From Podarcis erhardii (Eukaryota): a DNA stretch of 64,000 nucleotides. The stretch lies in the NCBI GenBank assembly GCA_964252035.1, contig OZ176213.1. The stretch is one strand, 5' to 3'. The translations under genes and the position numbers were made by a program. This document shows, in pieces, positions 12,525 through 26,277 of this stretch (positions within the stretch are counted from its first letter, which is position 1; each line of letters opens with the position of its first letter). A model generated the notes under the pieces. The model saw nothing but the letters and a program-made list of their open reading frames with translations, was not told the origin of the DNA and made no database searches.

Positions 12525-14960
12525 TATCTGCAGAAAAATTAACTCAGATTTGTGTTTTTAAAACCTGCCTTAGGAGTGGAACCCTCCCATTTTTATGCTT
12601 GGTCAGAATGGACCAGAAACCTCTTCTTATCCATCTACAGATAGAGATTTTATGTCATCCAAAAAGTGTCAGAGCTTTGTAATTTAGAGGTTAATGAGCT
12701 TCTGATCTATTGTTCTTGTCACACCACTACTTTGAGTTGGAGAGGAGTAAATTACATATGATTAGTCCCAGTAGTACATGTTTTAGAAATGAAAAGTAAT
12801 CAAGTAGCAACTTTTTAATTAAAATTCTGTCAGGATTAACATAAATTTGTCACTCCCAGCCTATAATCCCCCCTTTTTTATTCCTTCAAATCTTGCTTAC
12901 CTAGCAGTCAGCGGCAACAAAAAGAGGACCAGTGTGTCAAAGATATCTTTTAAAGAACCGAGAGAAATAAACAGGAGACAAATCTTTTTACAGCGCATGA
13001 TCTGTAATGAATGATTAAGTAAAAACACTTTATGTGAAATTATGATGTTAATAATGCTTCCGTCCCCGCGAATTTATTACACATTCACCAGGCTGCTCGC
13101 TTTGATTTTGATAAAATGGAGCGGTGACCGAGTGCGAGTGATGATTTTTATTTTTAGAATTCTCCTTTGCAAGAGCAAATTTCCTAGATACTGCTGCTAC
13201 TGTAATTATGTACAAAACCAATCACTCATTATACTTAGGATACATTATCTTCGAGACAGATGAGGCTAAATAAGCAAGACATTAATAATTCATCCGGCAG
13301 TTCATTATGCATGTGTTTGCCTGCTTTGTAGCTGAAATAAGCACCTCATCAAACTGATGCCTGCGCTTAAACAATAGTTCTGTGTTATTGCCGCCACATT
13401 CAAGTTTACGCTTGTTAAACTGCTACTTGGATTATTTTATCAAGCATTCATTTATTTTATTTGTGGCCTTCTGTTGCCAAAAGAAATTTCTGAGAGCTTT
13501 GGGTACCTGATTGGACAATGAATACTCTCAGTTCTCTAAGTATTCTCAGCCAAGGCTGGGTTATCCCTTGTGCTAAATGCGCTTCAGGCTAGGACCCCAG
13601 CCAAATTGTGGCCCCTGCTGCTCCCAGCGGCTGCCAGCATTCTTGTAATATTGTGCATGTGAGCACAAGTCTGCCCGCAATGTCGCTTTGGGAACCATGG
13701 TGGGCAAAACTGGGGAACTGAGTGCCACTGGGAATAGCAATGGCATGCAACAGATCATAGCTCCCAGAGCGGCAGATTGGAGAAGGGATGAGGCTAGCCT
13801 GCCACCGCCACAGTTTTCATGCCTTAGGTCTGAGGGTTAGACTAAAAAGCATCTCGGGTGTCTGATGTTTTTTAGTTTTGATCATTAACATTCTAATGCA
13901 ACTCAAGTAAGTTTGTGCAGAACATCAAGGAAGCCCATTAAGAAGAAATAAGATGCATGCAAATTCTACTAAGCTTCCTCCATTGTTCTTGTGTATTACT
14001 GCATGCACCCCACTGAAATTAAAACACTTTGGTGAATTGGCTCTGAAATGACTTGGCAAATATCACACGCAGTGGTCAAAACACCTTTGTCCTTCTGCCA
14101 CCACTTTCTTCTAGAAAGGGAACACAGTTTTGCTTGCACGTTATTATTTACCTCTTTATTGAAACTGCCCAATCAATAGCACTTTGCTAAGAAATAAAAG
14201 AAGGTGAGAAAACACATCTTGGGCAAAAATTCCATATCGATCTGAGCATTTTGCTTTCAGTTCCAGCCAGTGCCGCACTGTTAAGGAAACAACTATTTAA
14301 AGAGTTCCTAAGCTCTTAAGTTCATGCTTTTAAGGTATATCCCAGAAAACTTAAATGAAAAACAATTTCTGTAATGTGTCATGTTCACCCAAGGGCCTCA
14401 CTTTAAAAAATGCCAAACATTACATCAGGAGAAGCCCCAGCAAGTCAAAAGCAAAATCACAGAGAACGCTCATATGTTATAATTGCATGAGAGCCAATAT
14501 GGCAACCTTTGTCAGCCTAGTGCCCTCCACATGTTTTGAACTACAACTCCTAACATCCCTAGCTAGCATGGCATATAATACAGCACATCTACTGGTGACC
14601 TCTCTAGAAATTTAAAGAAATTTAGTTTTCAAAATTTGCAGAATTGGATCCATAGGATCCAACTCCTAGGGGCTAAGGTCCCTTTGCTACCACCCAATGA
14701 AATATCTGAGGGAGCCTCCCCACCCCTGCCCTCCAAGTTGATGGCATTGCCATTGAAATGATGTGTGTGCACCACATTTTGTGATTGATTATGCAGGGTG
14801 GGACTTATCCCCCATATTTTATTCAAGTTGGCACCCCAGATTGGATCTCTCGTGAATTTCCAGACTGCATAGACATTTCTCAGAATAATTAATTTGCTTC
14901 AGTAAAGTAAAGACTATTCAGCTGATTATATTTATCTTGTGAGTTTGGTGTTTTCAGATA

Positions 14961-15145
14961 CAGTGGTACCTTAGCTTAAGAACAGCCCTGTTTATGAACT
15001 ATTCAGTTTAAGAACTCCGCAAAACCGGAAGTAGTGTCCCGGTTTGCGAACTTTACCTCGGTCTAAGAACGGAATCCGAATGGTGGAAGGGCACTGGTGG
15101 CGGGAGGCCTCATTAGGGAAAGCGTGGCTCACCAAGGTACCACTG
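14961..15145. mobile_element. Tc1/mariner (Tigger-like) MITE
   Basis: TIR CAGTGGTACCTT/AAGGTACCACTG; TA duplication on both sides. Confidence 0.85.
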
Positions 15146-15488
15146 TACTATTGTAACACATTTTTAAATTTATCTATGCCACTCCGATGGCTGTATGCTT
15201 TCTCTTTTACTTTCTCTTTTAAGCTGTGTAAACACACTCAGTTATTGCAGTTTTAAAACTGCTTAATGGACCCTAATTCCTCCATTTTTCTCACTGAGGA
15301 CCAGATATTGTAACTATAGATCTGCGCCCAGCCCATGCCCACAGGCAATCACTGCTTGGGGTCCACCCCTTGATGTCCACCTTGTTGTCTACATAGGCCC
15401 TAGCCACCACCATTTTCAGTTTTCACTTGTTATGTATATGAAGCCATTTATCTTTGCTGAGCCACCTTGGGAGGGCTGTGTCCATAGA

Positions 15489-15489
15489 A

Positions 15490-15532
<43 letters not shown>
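15489..15532. repeat. (ATT)n microsatellite
   Basis: Direct reading. Confidence 0.95.
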
Positions 15533-15534
<2 letters not shown>

Positions 15535-15902
15535 AAAATGTGTTACCAAACATTGTTTATCATTGCTCCCGTGACTATAAAGTTAGCCTCAAATATTACT
15601 ATTTGTGCATTTTAGAAAGTAAAGTATTTTTGCAGGATTTATAATAAACTCCAGATTTAGCTTAATGTTTGTAAAAGGGCTTTGTATTGAAGCAAGAATA
15701 TGTTTGTCTGGCCTTCCCCAACCTGGTGCCCTCCGGATGTTTTGGGCCACATTTTGCATCAGCCCCAGCCAGCATAGCCATTCATGGTGGCTGGGACTGA
15801 TGGCAGATGCAGGTCAAAACATCTGGAAGGCATCAAATCTGGGAAGGCTGTATTAGTGCTTCATCACAGTCAATTTTTTTTCCCTTCTGCTTTTTTTGCC
15901 AG

Positions 15903-16025
15903 CCTGCTATGGTCAGCCGCTATGTTGCCATGAGCAATTCGATCAGACATGCCAATTTTTCCCTCATCTACTATAATGTTTTCCTTCATATGTGCAAGGC
16001 TCATGGGGTTGGATATGATGTCCAG
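15903..16025 (+). CDS. IQCH: IQCH coding exon, PAMVSRYVAMSNSIRHANFSLIYYNVFLHMCKAHGVGYDVQ
   Basis: tttgccag| acceptor, CAG|gtagga donor, 123 nt; resembles human [35 protein letters not shown]. Confidence 0.92.
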
Positions 16026-16557
16026 GTAGGAAGATCATGTGCTTTGCATTTAAATGCAATAGAGGTAGGAAAGTAGCTTGAAAGGAGGAACAGCACACAA
16101 ATCCATTCTAGGCTGACTACAAAAAGTTAGTATCTCCAAATTTTTGGTCCCTGTGATTCTCTCACATATCCCCACAATCCATGAGAATCTTTCTGTGAAC
16201 TCTGAGATTCTAACACAGATTATCATCTATCACTAACCCAATCTCCAAACCTGAAAACCTGTTTTCAAATTCAAGCTTCTGAATCAAAACATGTCTTGCT
16301 GGCTTGTTGCAACTGTTGTCAGATTCTACTCATGTGGGCTTTAAGGGGGTGTGGCTTATAGATCAGCTAGCAAGATTTCCAGACAACTTTACATGTCAAC
16401 CAGGAAGCAAAAAGCTCTCAGGCCTGGTTTTAAAGTGACCACCTCTCTCTAATTCTGATTATTCGCACCGTAATACAGTTTAGCATCTTACTTTTTTAAG
16501 AGGAGTTGTTGTTGTTTACATTATGCAATGCTAACACCTTTCCCTCTACTCCAACAG

Positions 16558-16619
16558 CAAAAAGAAGGAACCGTTTTTACTCTGTTTGAAGACCATAAAA
16601 GGCTCAAATTTGGAATTAT
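16558..16619 (+). CDS. IQCH: IQCH coding exon, QKEGTVFTLFEDHKRLKFGI
   Basis: ccaacag| acceptor, AT|gtaagt donor, 62 nt, phase 0/2; resembles human [21 protein letters not shown]. Confidence 0.9.
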
Positions 16620-17202
16620 GTAAGTTTTCAAGAGTGACTTCTGGAAGCATCTTGAAAATCCTCTAGTTGAACACCTCTACTCCCTTCTGTGGGCTAAGGG
16701 TTAGTCTTCCATACATGCTCCTGAGAAAGTAACTCATTCACAGATGTACCTAGCCCTGGGTAAGGCCCCCAAATGGTGCAAGGAATTCCATAGATGTACA
16801 TAGAGGATGAGCACAAACAAGCAGCATGTCCTCTTCTGCCCAAGTCTCACTGAATACTTGTTTACAGCAGCATGCTCTAATATTAGTAATACAGTGAAAT
16901 TTTCATACCAATGGTGGTGTGTAGCCACATATTTGATGCCCAAAGTGAAAAGGCTTGGAATGACTCAACCTCTTGCTCTCCTCTGCTACTTGATTAATAA
17001 AAATTATTTATTACACAAATCCTTTCTACTGACAAGTTAAAATGGAGCCTCATCTTTCATATCTCCCTGAAGATTGCCACCTTACGAGATTGAAAATATT
17101 CATTAAATTCCTTGGGCTGATAGGCCCAAATGAGAGGGTGATTGTTCTTAAGCCTGCGAATGGAATCATTGGCAAAGTCATTTGTTTGGATATCATTAAC
17201 AG

Positions 17203-17311
17203 AACAATTGGAGAACATCTCCAGGGGGTCCTCATGACCTTTGCTCAGCAACTCTTCATCATCTATCAAGAATTATCAGCACCTAATATGCATGCCGAGA
17301 CCAATTTTAAG
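17203..17311 (+). CDS. IQCH: IQCH penultimate coding exon, [36 protein letters not shown]
   Basis: attaacag| acceptor, AAG|gtgagg donor, 109 nt, phase 2/0 matching the previous exon; close to human [36 protein letters not shown]. Confidence 0.95.
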
Positions 17312-18622
17312 GTGAGGTGTTAATTAACTAACGATCCCAGTTAAATTTCTGTTAGAGGACAGAAAACACCTCATGCTGTATTATAAACAACTGTTAAGCC
17401 ATCCTGGGTTCTTTCCATAGCAGTACATGTTTTACTGTGTACAGGTCAATATTGTAGGATTCCCAGTCAATCTGCTAGTTAAATTTATTTTTTTTAGATG
17501 TGGTAACATAGACTTGCTTGAGCTGGGAGCCACTGGTATACGTGAAAGGATCCTTCAAGAGCAATTAGATTTTCATCTTAAATTTATCCTTTCTTGGAGT
17601 TCCTAATTGGTGGCACAGAAAAGTATTCATGCAGTCCTTCCTAAAGCCTACTCTTACTGATTTACAAAATGAAACCATCAATATACTGGTATATTAAAAC
17701 ACATACATTAAGAAATGACAAATAAGTAAGCTTGATTAGTTTCTGATGCCTAGGCCAAAGAAGGGACTTCTGTTTTAGTGCATCCCAGCAGGACCTACCT
17801 CTAGGGCTGACACTTACTTTTCCTGGGTCTCTGGAATAGGAGCCATTTAGCTACTTAGCTAATCAGAACAGAGTGGCTGCCATGTTATATTTCCTAGAAT
17901 GCAGTACTGCTAGATAAGTTCATCTAGTGGGAGGGATTGAGTGACTGGCCTGTATAATGTGCCAGGGGACCAAGTGATGGTGGACAACAGTGGTTAGGAA
18001 GGGGCTGATTGAGGTGGGGTCCAAGTCAGCGCCAAGGGGGCTCATTGGTAGCCTTAAGCTAAAGGCCTACTCAGGCCTCATACTGGCCATGTTATCAACT
18101 ATCAGGAGAACCTGACAGACATGCCACAAAATAATCTAGGTCGAAACTCCACAGCAGTGTCAGAAGGTAGATTAGTTGGGCTTTTAAAAAACGCACAGGA
18201 CTTCAAAGGAGTCAAGGAGGCTTACTAGTATTTCGTGCTATAGCCCCGTGATGGGGAACTTTGAGCCCTCCAGATATTTCTGGACCATTCCAGCTGGGGC
18301 TAATGGGAGTTGGGAGTCCAACAATATTGAGAGGTCCAAAGGTTTCCCACATTGCTCCTGGTGAAACAACTGTATTTGAGCTCTAATAGTTACCTGCAAG
18401 ACCTGACTACTTCAGCCTTAGCCTGAATGAGATTGACCCTGTTGCTTCAGCTCGGTGTTAACTTTAGTTACTACTCAGACCAAGGAGCCTGCCAAATCTT
18501 CCAATTGGTTGGGCCAGTCCTGAAGAGTGACTCTTTCTGTGAGTTCTTGATACTACTGGTGCAATGATGAGCAGGGAGCATAAACAACTGTTCTACCACT
18601 TAAGTGTTTGATTTTGTTATAG

Positions 18623-18727
18623 AGAGCTGTCCAAGAGATTGAAAAAATTCTGGGAGTTACAGAGCAAAACAAGTTAAAATTTGAAGAGGAAGAGGAGGAC
18701 TTGAAAGCACAAGCGTCCACAAAATAG
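18623..18727 (+). CDS. IQCH: IQCH terminal coding exon, RAVQEIEKILGVTEQNKLKFEEEEEDLKAQASTK*
   Basis: ttgttatag| acceptor, TAG stop at 18725-18727; resembles human IADIETILRVTKENKMRFEEEQ. Confidence 0.9.
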   Translation, partial: RAVQEIEKILGVTEQNKLKFEEEEEDLKAQASTK

Positions 18728-19305
18728 TTAGTAGACATTAAAAGTAATCTTTCTTCATCCTTATTCTCATGTCTCTGGGGAAAATAAGTTATTCGTTTTC
18801 AAATAGCCCTTTTCAGTCATTTTATGCCCATAAGCTCTGCCAGAGTGTGACTGTCTGTTGACCTCCCAACCATGTTGCTTGGCTCATGGCAACCCTATCC
18901 TCCTCCTCCTGGGCCACAACAGTCAAAGCTTAATTTCTCACATTTGGGTTGCGTCTGGTTTTTTAAAATTATGTTTTATGAAATATGTCATGGGGGGGTG
19001 ACATCCTAAATACAACCTGTGGAAGGAGACACATTTGGTTTAATTCTACACTATATTTGCTCTCAAATTTAACAAAACAGTCTCTCATAATTCAACTATT
19101 TGAGAAACAAATAGTAAAATGTTAGTATACAATAAGTCACTCCCTGTGCTTATCTTTAGGGTAGGATAGCACTGAATGCAGGAAAAAGTTTTTTTTAACC
19201 CTTAAATTGTTTTTTAGTTATAATTTATTTCTTCTTATAGGTTAATCTCACGGAACATCTTTAAATTATCCACCTGGTTTCCAGTTCTAAAGTACCCCAC
19301 ACTGC

Positions 19306-19311
19306 AATAAA
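19306..19311 (+). terminator. Candidate IQCH polyadenylation signal AATAAA (another at 19476-19481)
   Basis: AATAAA about 580 nt after the stop codon; usage is inferred. Confidence 0.4.
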
Positions 19312-20452
19312 CACTCCACCTACAACTGTGTTTTGGATTGTTGAAAAATACATGTAGCAGAACATAGACCGGTGTCAACAGTGAATCCTGACTCACAGAA
19401 TTTTTTTTCACTGAAAATTTTGTATCAGATGCTATGACCTCTATATGGCTTAGAGGAGTATTGATTTATACTTCCAATAAAATTAAGTGTAGTTATTTTT
19501 AAAAATATGTTTGGCATTTTTGCTTCCTTGGGGGGGGGGATCCTATAATTTCCCAAGCTTTTTCCATGTGAAAGCTTTCCTAACAGAATACATGATTTCT
19601 TGGTCATTCCTTTTCCTGAATAACTAGAGTACATTTGTATGGCAGCAGAGTCCATAGATTGGGCACTCCTCTTCTACCAGATCCCATATAAGTATGCTCA
19701 TATTCCACTTCACAAGTCCTTCTGGGTTTCAGCTCTAGCATTGGGGGTTGGGGGGAGGTTTTGGAGCTGAGTCCTGGTGATATTATTTGTATCACTTTCA
19801 TTCATAAAACATATAAGATTCACTAAGTGCCGTACACAGATTAAAAATAGGTCAGTCCCATACCCAGAGGCTTACAATCTAAACACAACAGGCAAAAACA
19901 GACTGAATGGGAGCATCAGAATAACCTTACTTGCAGTTGGCTCACATCAAATGGGACCCATGTAGTCCACTCTTCTGTTTTCGCAGTGGCAAGACAGATA
20001 CTTCAATGAGAAGCCTTCAAACAGTGCATTTATGCATTTATTTCATTTATATACCACTTTGGTTTACAATTTAAAATATTGAAATAAACAAATGCTACAA
20101 AAATATTCTCAGGCCTACTTCAGGAATGCAGGAACACTCATCCAGAGGCATCCTGGAGATACTATAAAATCAACATGTCCTTTATCCATTGATAACCTGA
20201 TCCTCTTCTCCGTGAATTTGTCATAGGTGGAAAAAAGCAAACTTGAGCATGAGTTCTTAAAAGATACAAAATGCTGAAAAGGACCAGCTAGTCAGGAAAC
20301 AGGGCCAGGAGGGGAAGGGTGAAACAAGAGGTAGTCTCTTTTAGTTGCAGCAGCCCCTGGCCTAGTCCTGCTCTCACCTTTTTTTGATAATGACTTGAGA
20401 GACAAGAGCATCACCCCCACCCAAACAGGTGATTTTTCAAAGTCCCATTGTG

Positions 20453-20686
20453 CAGTGGTACCTTGGGTTACAGATGCTTCAGGTTACAGATGCTTCAGGT
20501 TACAGACTCCGCTAACCCAGAAATAGCACCTTGGATTAAGAACTTTGCTTCAGGATGAGAACAGAAATCGTGTGGCGGTGGCAGCAGGAGGCCACATTAG
20601 CTAAAGTGGTACCTCAGGTTAAGAACAGTTTCAGGTTAAGAACAGACCTCCAGAACAAATTAAGTTCTTAACCCAAGGTACCACTG
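20453..20686. mobile_element. Tc1/mariner MITE
   Basis: TIR CAGTGGTACCTTGGGTTA/TAACCCAAGGTACCACTG; same family as 45392. Confidence 0.88.
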
Positions 20687-21469
20687 TACTCCAAAACAGT
20701 AGCTTCAAAACTATTAGTACATCCAAGTTTTTAGTGTCACATACACACACTTATTTTCTCTTCTATTGTAATTTCATTCCAGGCAAGGTCCTGGGGATAC
20801 AAGATCCTGGCTTCCCATGAAATGCAATGGCACCCAAAGGGCTGCTCTAGAGACATACACATGCCCCCCCAAAACCCCTAGCACCAGTATCCAGGTCTAT
20901 TGTCTTGCCTACAACCCCCACCCCCATTGTTTCTGCTAATCAAGAAATATATTAAAGCTCTCCCTGCTCTATTAATTATCCAAAGGTAAAGTTGAGTCAA
21001 AATGTGTTACTGACTATGATTAATAATTAGTGGCTTGTAAGTGCATTCTAGTACATAAACAGGGTACGTGGTTGCGTAGTAATTGATTAATTAGCACAAT
21101 CTTGCTCTACAGCTCACTGGTCTAAGATTGCTGAGTTTGAAATATTGTTTATAATTATCCAAATTTGAAGGATGAGGGGTGGGTGGGGGCGGGAGGGGGA
21201 AGAGAGGTTGCTCCCATTTCTTCGCTCGCTCTTCTGCGCAATTATTCTCCTCACATCACAGACGATGCTTAATGGTTCAGAGCCACGAGTTTCCCTCAGA
21301 TAAATCACCACAGAGTTCGTTTGTTTGTTCGAATTGCAGCAGCTTTCTACTCCAAACACTCCGGTGGAAAGAACACTTTTTATTTAAGTCGTGTGTACTA
21401 GTTGTGTTAGAAAAGGGTGCTTTAAGCTGAGGACCATGTTGTTGTTTTTGGTTATTAGTGTTAGCTTGA

Positions 21470-21761
21470 CATGAGGGGCGCGCGAGCTCGGCCTCTCTCA
21501 GCAGAAAAGATCCTCGCAGACAGCTGGGCGCGCGCCCGCTTCTCGGCCTCGCGCGTCGCCCAGTCAGGAGCGCGCGAGGAGTCTGACAAATTCAGTAGGC
21601 CGGCTCTGGCGCAGGCGCAGAGCGGCTGTCGGGAAGCTACCGGCGCAGGCGCAGAGTGTGCAGGGGAGCCCCAGGAAGGGGGGGGGAGGAGGGGTCGCTG
21701 TTGTTTCCCGGGATAGGGGGGGAGGAGTGGCGTTGCTTCGTGTCTTTCCAGGTTAGGGAAG
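21470..21761 (+). promoter_or_regulatory. CpG-island promoter and probable non-coding first exon of C15orf61
   Basis: Dense CpG, two GCGCAGGCGCA NRF1-type motifs (21609-21619, 21643-21653), donor-like AAG|gttagt at 21762. Confidence 0.75.
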
Positions 21762-21988
21762 GTTAGTAAGTGAAGCAGGAACCTCGCCCCCTTGCTCGGG
21801 GGCAACTAACGAGAGGGGGAGGGGCTGCAAAGGGGGGGGGGAGTTGTTTTAGGGGAGGGGCAGCAGATCCTGAAGAAAAGTCTCCCTCAGCAACGGGGGG
21901 GGGTGAACAGTTGAGGAGGGAGGGGCATATCAAGAATTGAAGCTACCTGGGAAAGGTGTCAGCAAGTAATTTGAGGTGGGGAGTCTGA

Positions 21989-22552
<564 letters not shown>

Positions 22553-23368
22553 TGAGGTGCAATGAGACCTTGAATAGAGTTAACACCTGATGTAACAGGG
22601 AGATGACTTAAACCATACAAAAAAGTATTTTACACAGCACCTATGGAACTCAGTCCCACAGGGCCAGGGACAAAAGTGACAGGGCCAGGATTAAAAGTGC
22701 ATAGGGCAACTGATGTGACTCTCTTTGTGCAGTACACTACAATCCAGCCATACAAAATCCAGGTTTCTGCGTACACACACTTTTCTATCCATTCAAGTAA
22801 GCAAGAGTAATTGTCACAGTTCAAGGACGTGTTCCAGCTAGACAGAGATGCTCAAAGAGGGTTTGAAGCAGGTTCAGAAAGGGGTGTGGTCTGTAGATAG
22901 AGGGCATGAGATGCAGAGAGTCCTGAGAGTAGGATAGAGAACAAAATAAATAGGCATCACTTGACCCACCCAGGCCTACCCTGATCCTAGAACTTCTCTA
23001 AATGCATAGCAGTGTTGGCCACATCAGTGGAGAACACTGGGATATGATCATATTGAACATGTGCAGAAAACAGGACTATTTATTCCTGGTCCTCAGGAAT
23101 GCAGCCAATACTTTCAGAACAAAATATATTCACTAAGGATTTTGCATGTATCTCGTAAGAGCACATGCAGTGAAAGGCAGGGGGTTGCCAAATAAAGAAT
23201 GGCACCAGGAAGGTGATCAGTACATCTATAAGTGCAGATAATGGGTTACCTCAACATGCTTTATGTTTTGTTTTCAAGGAACCAGCCTGGCTTTAAAGGG
23301 TGACAAAATCATGTCTTAATTCAGCCTTGCAGTTTGCTTCTTGCAGCTTGTTAGTGGAGGTGGGGTAG

Positions 23369-23566
<198 letters not shown>

Positions 23567-23792
23567 ACTACTCATTTCAAGGACTGACGCTTTCATGGTA
23601 TATTGCAGCAAAAGACAGACAGAGGGGGATTGTTGTTTGCAATCTATTTGTGTGTAATATGTTTAAGTTTCAAAATGTCCCTATTTTTCCTTCAGTACCA
23701 CTTTAGTTTTCTTTGAGTGCAGAATAGATTTTAAAAACCATGGAAAATTACTTGAAGCTACTTTTGTTTTCAAAAACTTTTGGTTTTCAAAT

Positions 23793-23802
23793 AATAAATA
23801 AA
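23793..23802 (+). terminator. Overlapping AATAAA polyadenylation signals of C15orf61
   Basis: AATAAATAAA about 230 nt after the stop codon. Confidence 0.55.
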
Positions 23803-24461
23803 ATAATGAAAATATACGTTGTTGGGAATTGTCTTTGCTTATTTACTGATCATGTATCTTTTGGTGCAGTATCATAAAAGATATTGTTGCCCAACACTTA
23901 TAACACTATCCAAATGTGACTACCTCAGGGATAGCCTGCATGGTGCCTCTGGATTCTTCTGGACTACATTTCCCATCAGCCCCAGCCAGAAAGGCCAATG
24001 GTCAGTGATGATAGGAGTTGTAGTTCTGCAACATCTGGAGGACTCAATGTTGGCTACTCCCGTGAAGTAACATTGATTTTTAAAACAAAAATAAAACTGA
24101 TATGTAAAGGGTGGGGGTTTCATTCCCATATAGATGAGCAAGTCGTTTATGTAAAAGTCCAGAAACCAGAAAAATGTTTTTTTCATTTTCACTTAGTAGA
24201 GTTTTGTGCATACCATTCTGGATTACTTAAGTAGGCTGTGGTGCTGAATAAAAGCTGCATACAGACAGTTTGGATATAATATGGTCCAAACTGAGCAGTT
24301 CATTTCAACTGATTTCAGGGAAGGGTTTAAGCATCTGCTTAACTCTCCTACTGAAGTCAATTGAACTTTAAAAAGTAACTTTAGGTTATGCTAATGTATA
24401 GTTAATGCATGCAATGGTTTTGTGCTCTCCAAACTAAATATGCACTATTTAGTGCATATGT

Positions 24462-24830
24462 GGGACACGGGTGGTGCTGTGGTCCAAACCACTGAGCTTA
24501 TTGGGCTTGCTGATTGTAAGGTTGGCAGTTCGAATCCATGTGATGGGGTGAGCTCCCGTTGCTTTGTCCTAGCTCCTGCCACCCTAGCAGTTCGAAAGCA
24601 TACCAGTGCGAGTAGATAAATAGGTACCGCTGCAGCAGGAAGGTAAACACCGTTTCCATGCACTTTGGAACTTATCACAGTGTTCTGTGCACCAGAAGCG
24701 GTTTACTCATGCAGGCCACATGACCTGGAAAGCTGTCTGTGGACAAATGCCAGCTCCCTCTGCCTGAAAGTGAGATGAGCGCCGCAACCCCATAGTCAAA
24801 TTTGACTGGACTTAACCACCATGGGGTCCT
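24462..24830 (+). mobile_element. Sauria SINE (Squam1 type)
   Basis: tRNA-like head GGGACACGGGTGGTGCTGTGGTCCAAACC...GTTCGAATCC; diagnostic GTAGATAAATAGGTACCGCT...GGAAGGTAAAC. Confidence 0.9.
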
Positions 24831-26149
24831 ATTATTGCTTAATTGACGAAGAACAAAGTGTTGCAGGACAGATTAAAACTTGGCTGGCTGCACTATGGAT
24901 AAATTTGATTTAAATTAGTTCAGCATTTTTTCCCCTCGGGAAGAGATATTTCTTGCATTGGAAATAAATATTGCACAATTATTTTTAAAGCGTAAAGCTA
25001 CAATGAAATGTATGCACAAGTATGTGTCTTAAAATGCTTACTTCAGATTTGAATTGTGAATGGCTTTGCTTCTCTTCAAAGCAACTGTAAACAAATCTGT
25101 AATCAAGGAAACACTTAACGTAGTATATTTGGTACCGAGGAATATTTCTAGCACAGGTTAAATAAATAGTTTACATTGCGGAGTAGCTGTTATACTATAT
25201 TAAGCTTCATTAATAATAAAAGTGAGTATTAGCATTTTGCTAGATTAGCGGGAACTGATTTTTCCCAGTAATGGGCAAAATTAAATAAGTGCAACTCATA
25301 AGTTTAAAATCAAATACTGCTCATTCATTGCTCCTTATTTTGTCAATATTCTGCTGTAAAGGTTTGGTCTCAACACAAGACTGATAAAATGTTTTTTAAT
25401 TACCACACTATAAATACAGTTTTTCCTTGGAGTGGCCCCTCTGCTAGCTGCAGCGTATTTGATTTCTGATAATGGAGACTGCTGACTTTGCTTACCTGTT
25501 TTTCAATAAGTGGAGGCAACATGACTCCTTGTCCATACAGTGATGGGCATCCCTCCTTGGAGAACCTCTTTGACAAAGTACTCTATTGATCCACTAGAAT
25601 TCAGTGCTGCTTGCAGCATTAAACAGAGACTTGATTTCTTGCTCTGCTCTCACTGTGTAACAATTAAGCAAATGTAACATTTTCTTTTATTACATGAAAA
25701 TCAATGGACCTCTTGCACTTCTGAAGTTGATCATGGTGAGGGATGAACTTGGAAGATGGCTGAGGGCAGAGTTCAAATATAATAATATCACTTGTTGGAT
25801 TCATTAGGACCAGTGGGTGACCTGTTGAAGTACTTGAAGGGAACAAATACTACTCATAAAATGTTACACTACTTGTGTATACATGAGAGAGTGTTTGTTC
25901 ATTTTTCAGGGATTATTCCTTTGGGGTGTCAACTAACTGAAACCTGCTTCCTTTTGCTCATATGGCTGTGTAGGACAGATGATGTGTGACTATGGGATTT
26001 GGAACTCAATGCCTCAATGTCATTTCAACATTCACTGAAAACGTGACTTTTTTTTACACAGACTTTTAGGAATTGTTGACACAACCGGATAGGCTGGACT
26101 TCATATGTATTTCCTATTTAATTTAAATTATTGTTCTCTGCCTTATATC

Positions 26150-26277
26150 AAGCCAGCCCATTAGTCCATCTAGCTCAATATTGTCTAAATTGATAGACTG
26201 TGGCTCTCGAAGGTTTCACACTCTCCCAGGTTTCCCTGGATATGCCTGGGATTGAACCTGGGGCCTTCTGCATGCAT
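26150..26277 (-). mobile_element. Squam3-like SINE fragment
   Basis: GGGATTGAACCTGGGGCCTTCTGCATGCA is the reverse complement of the head. Confidence 0.7.
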
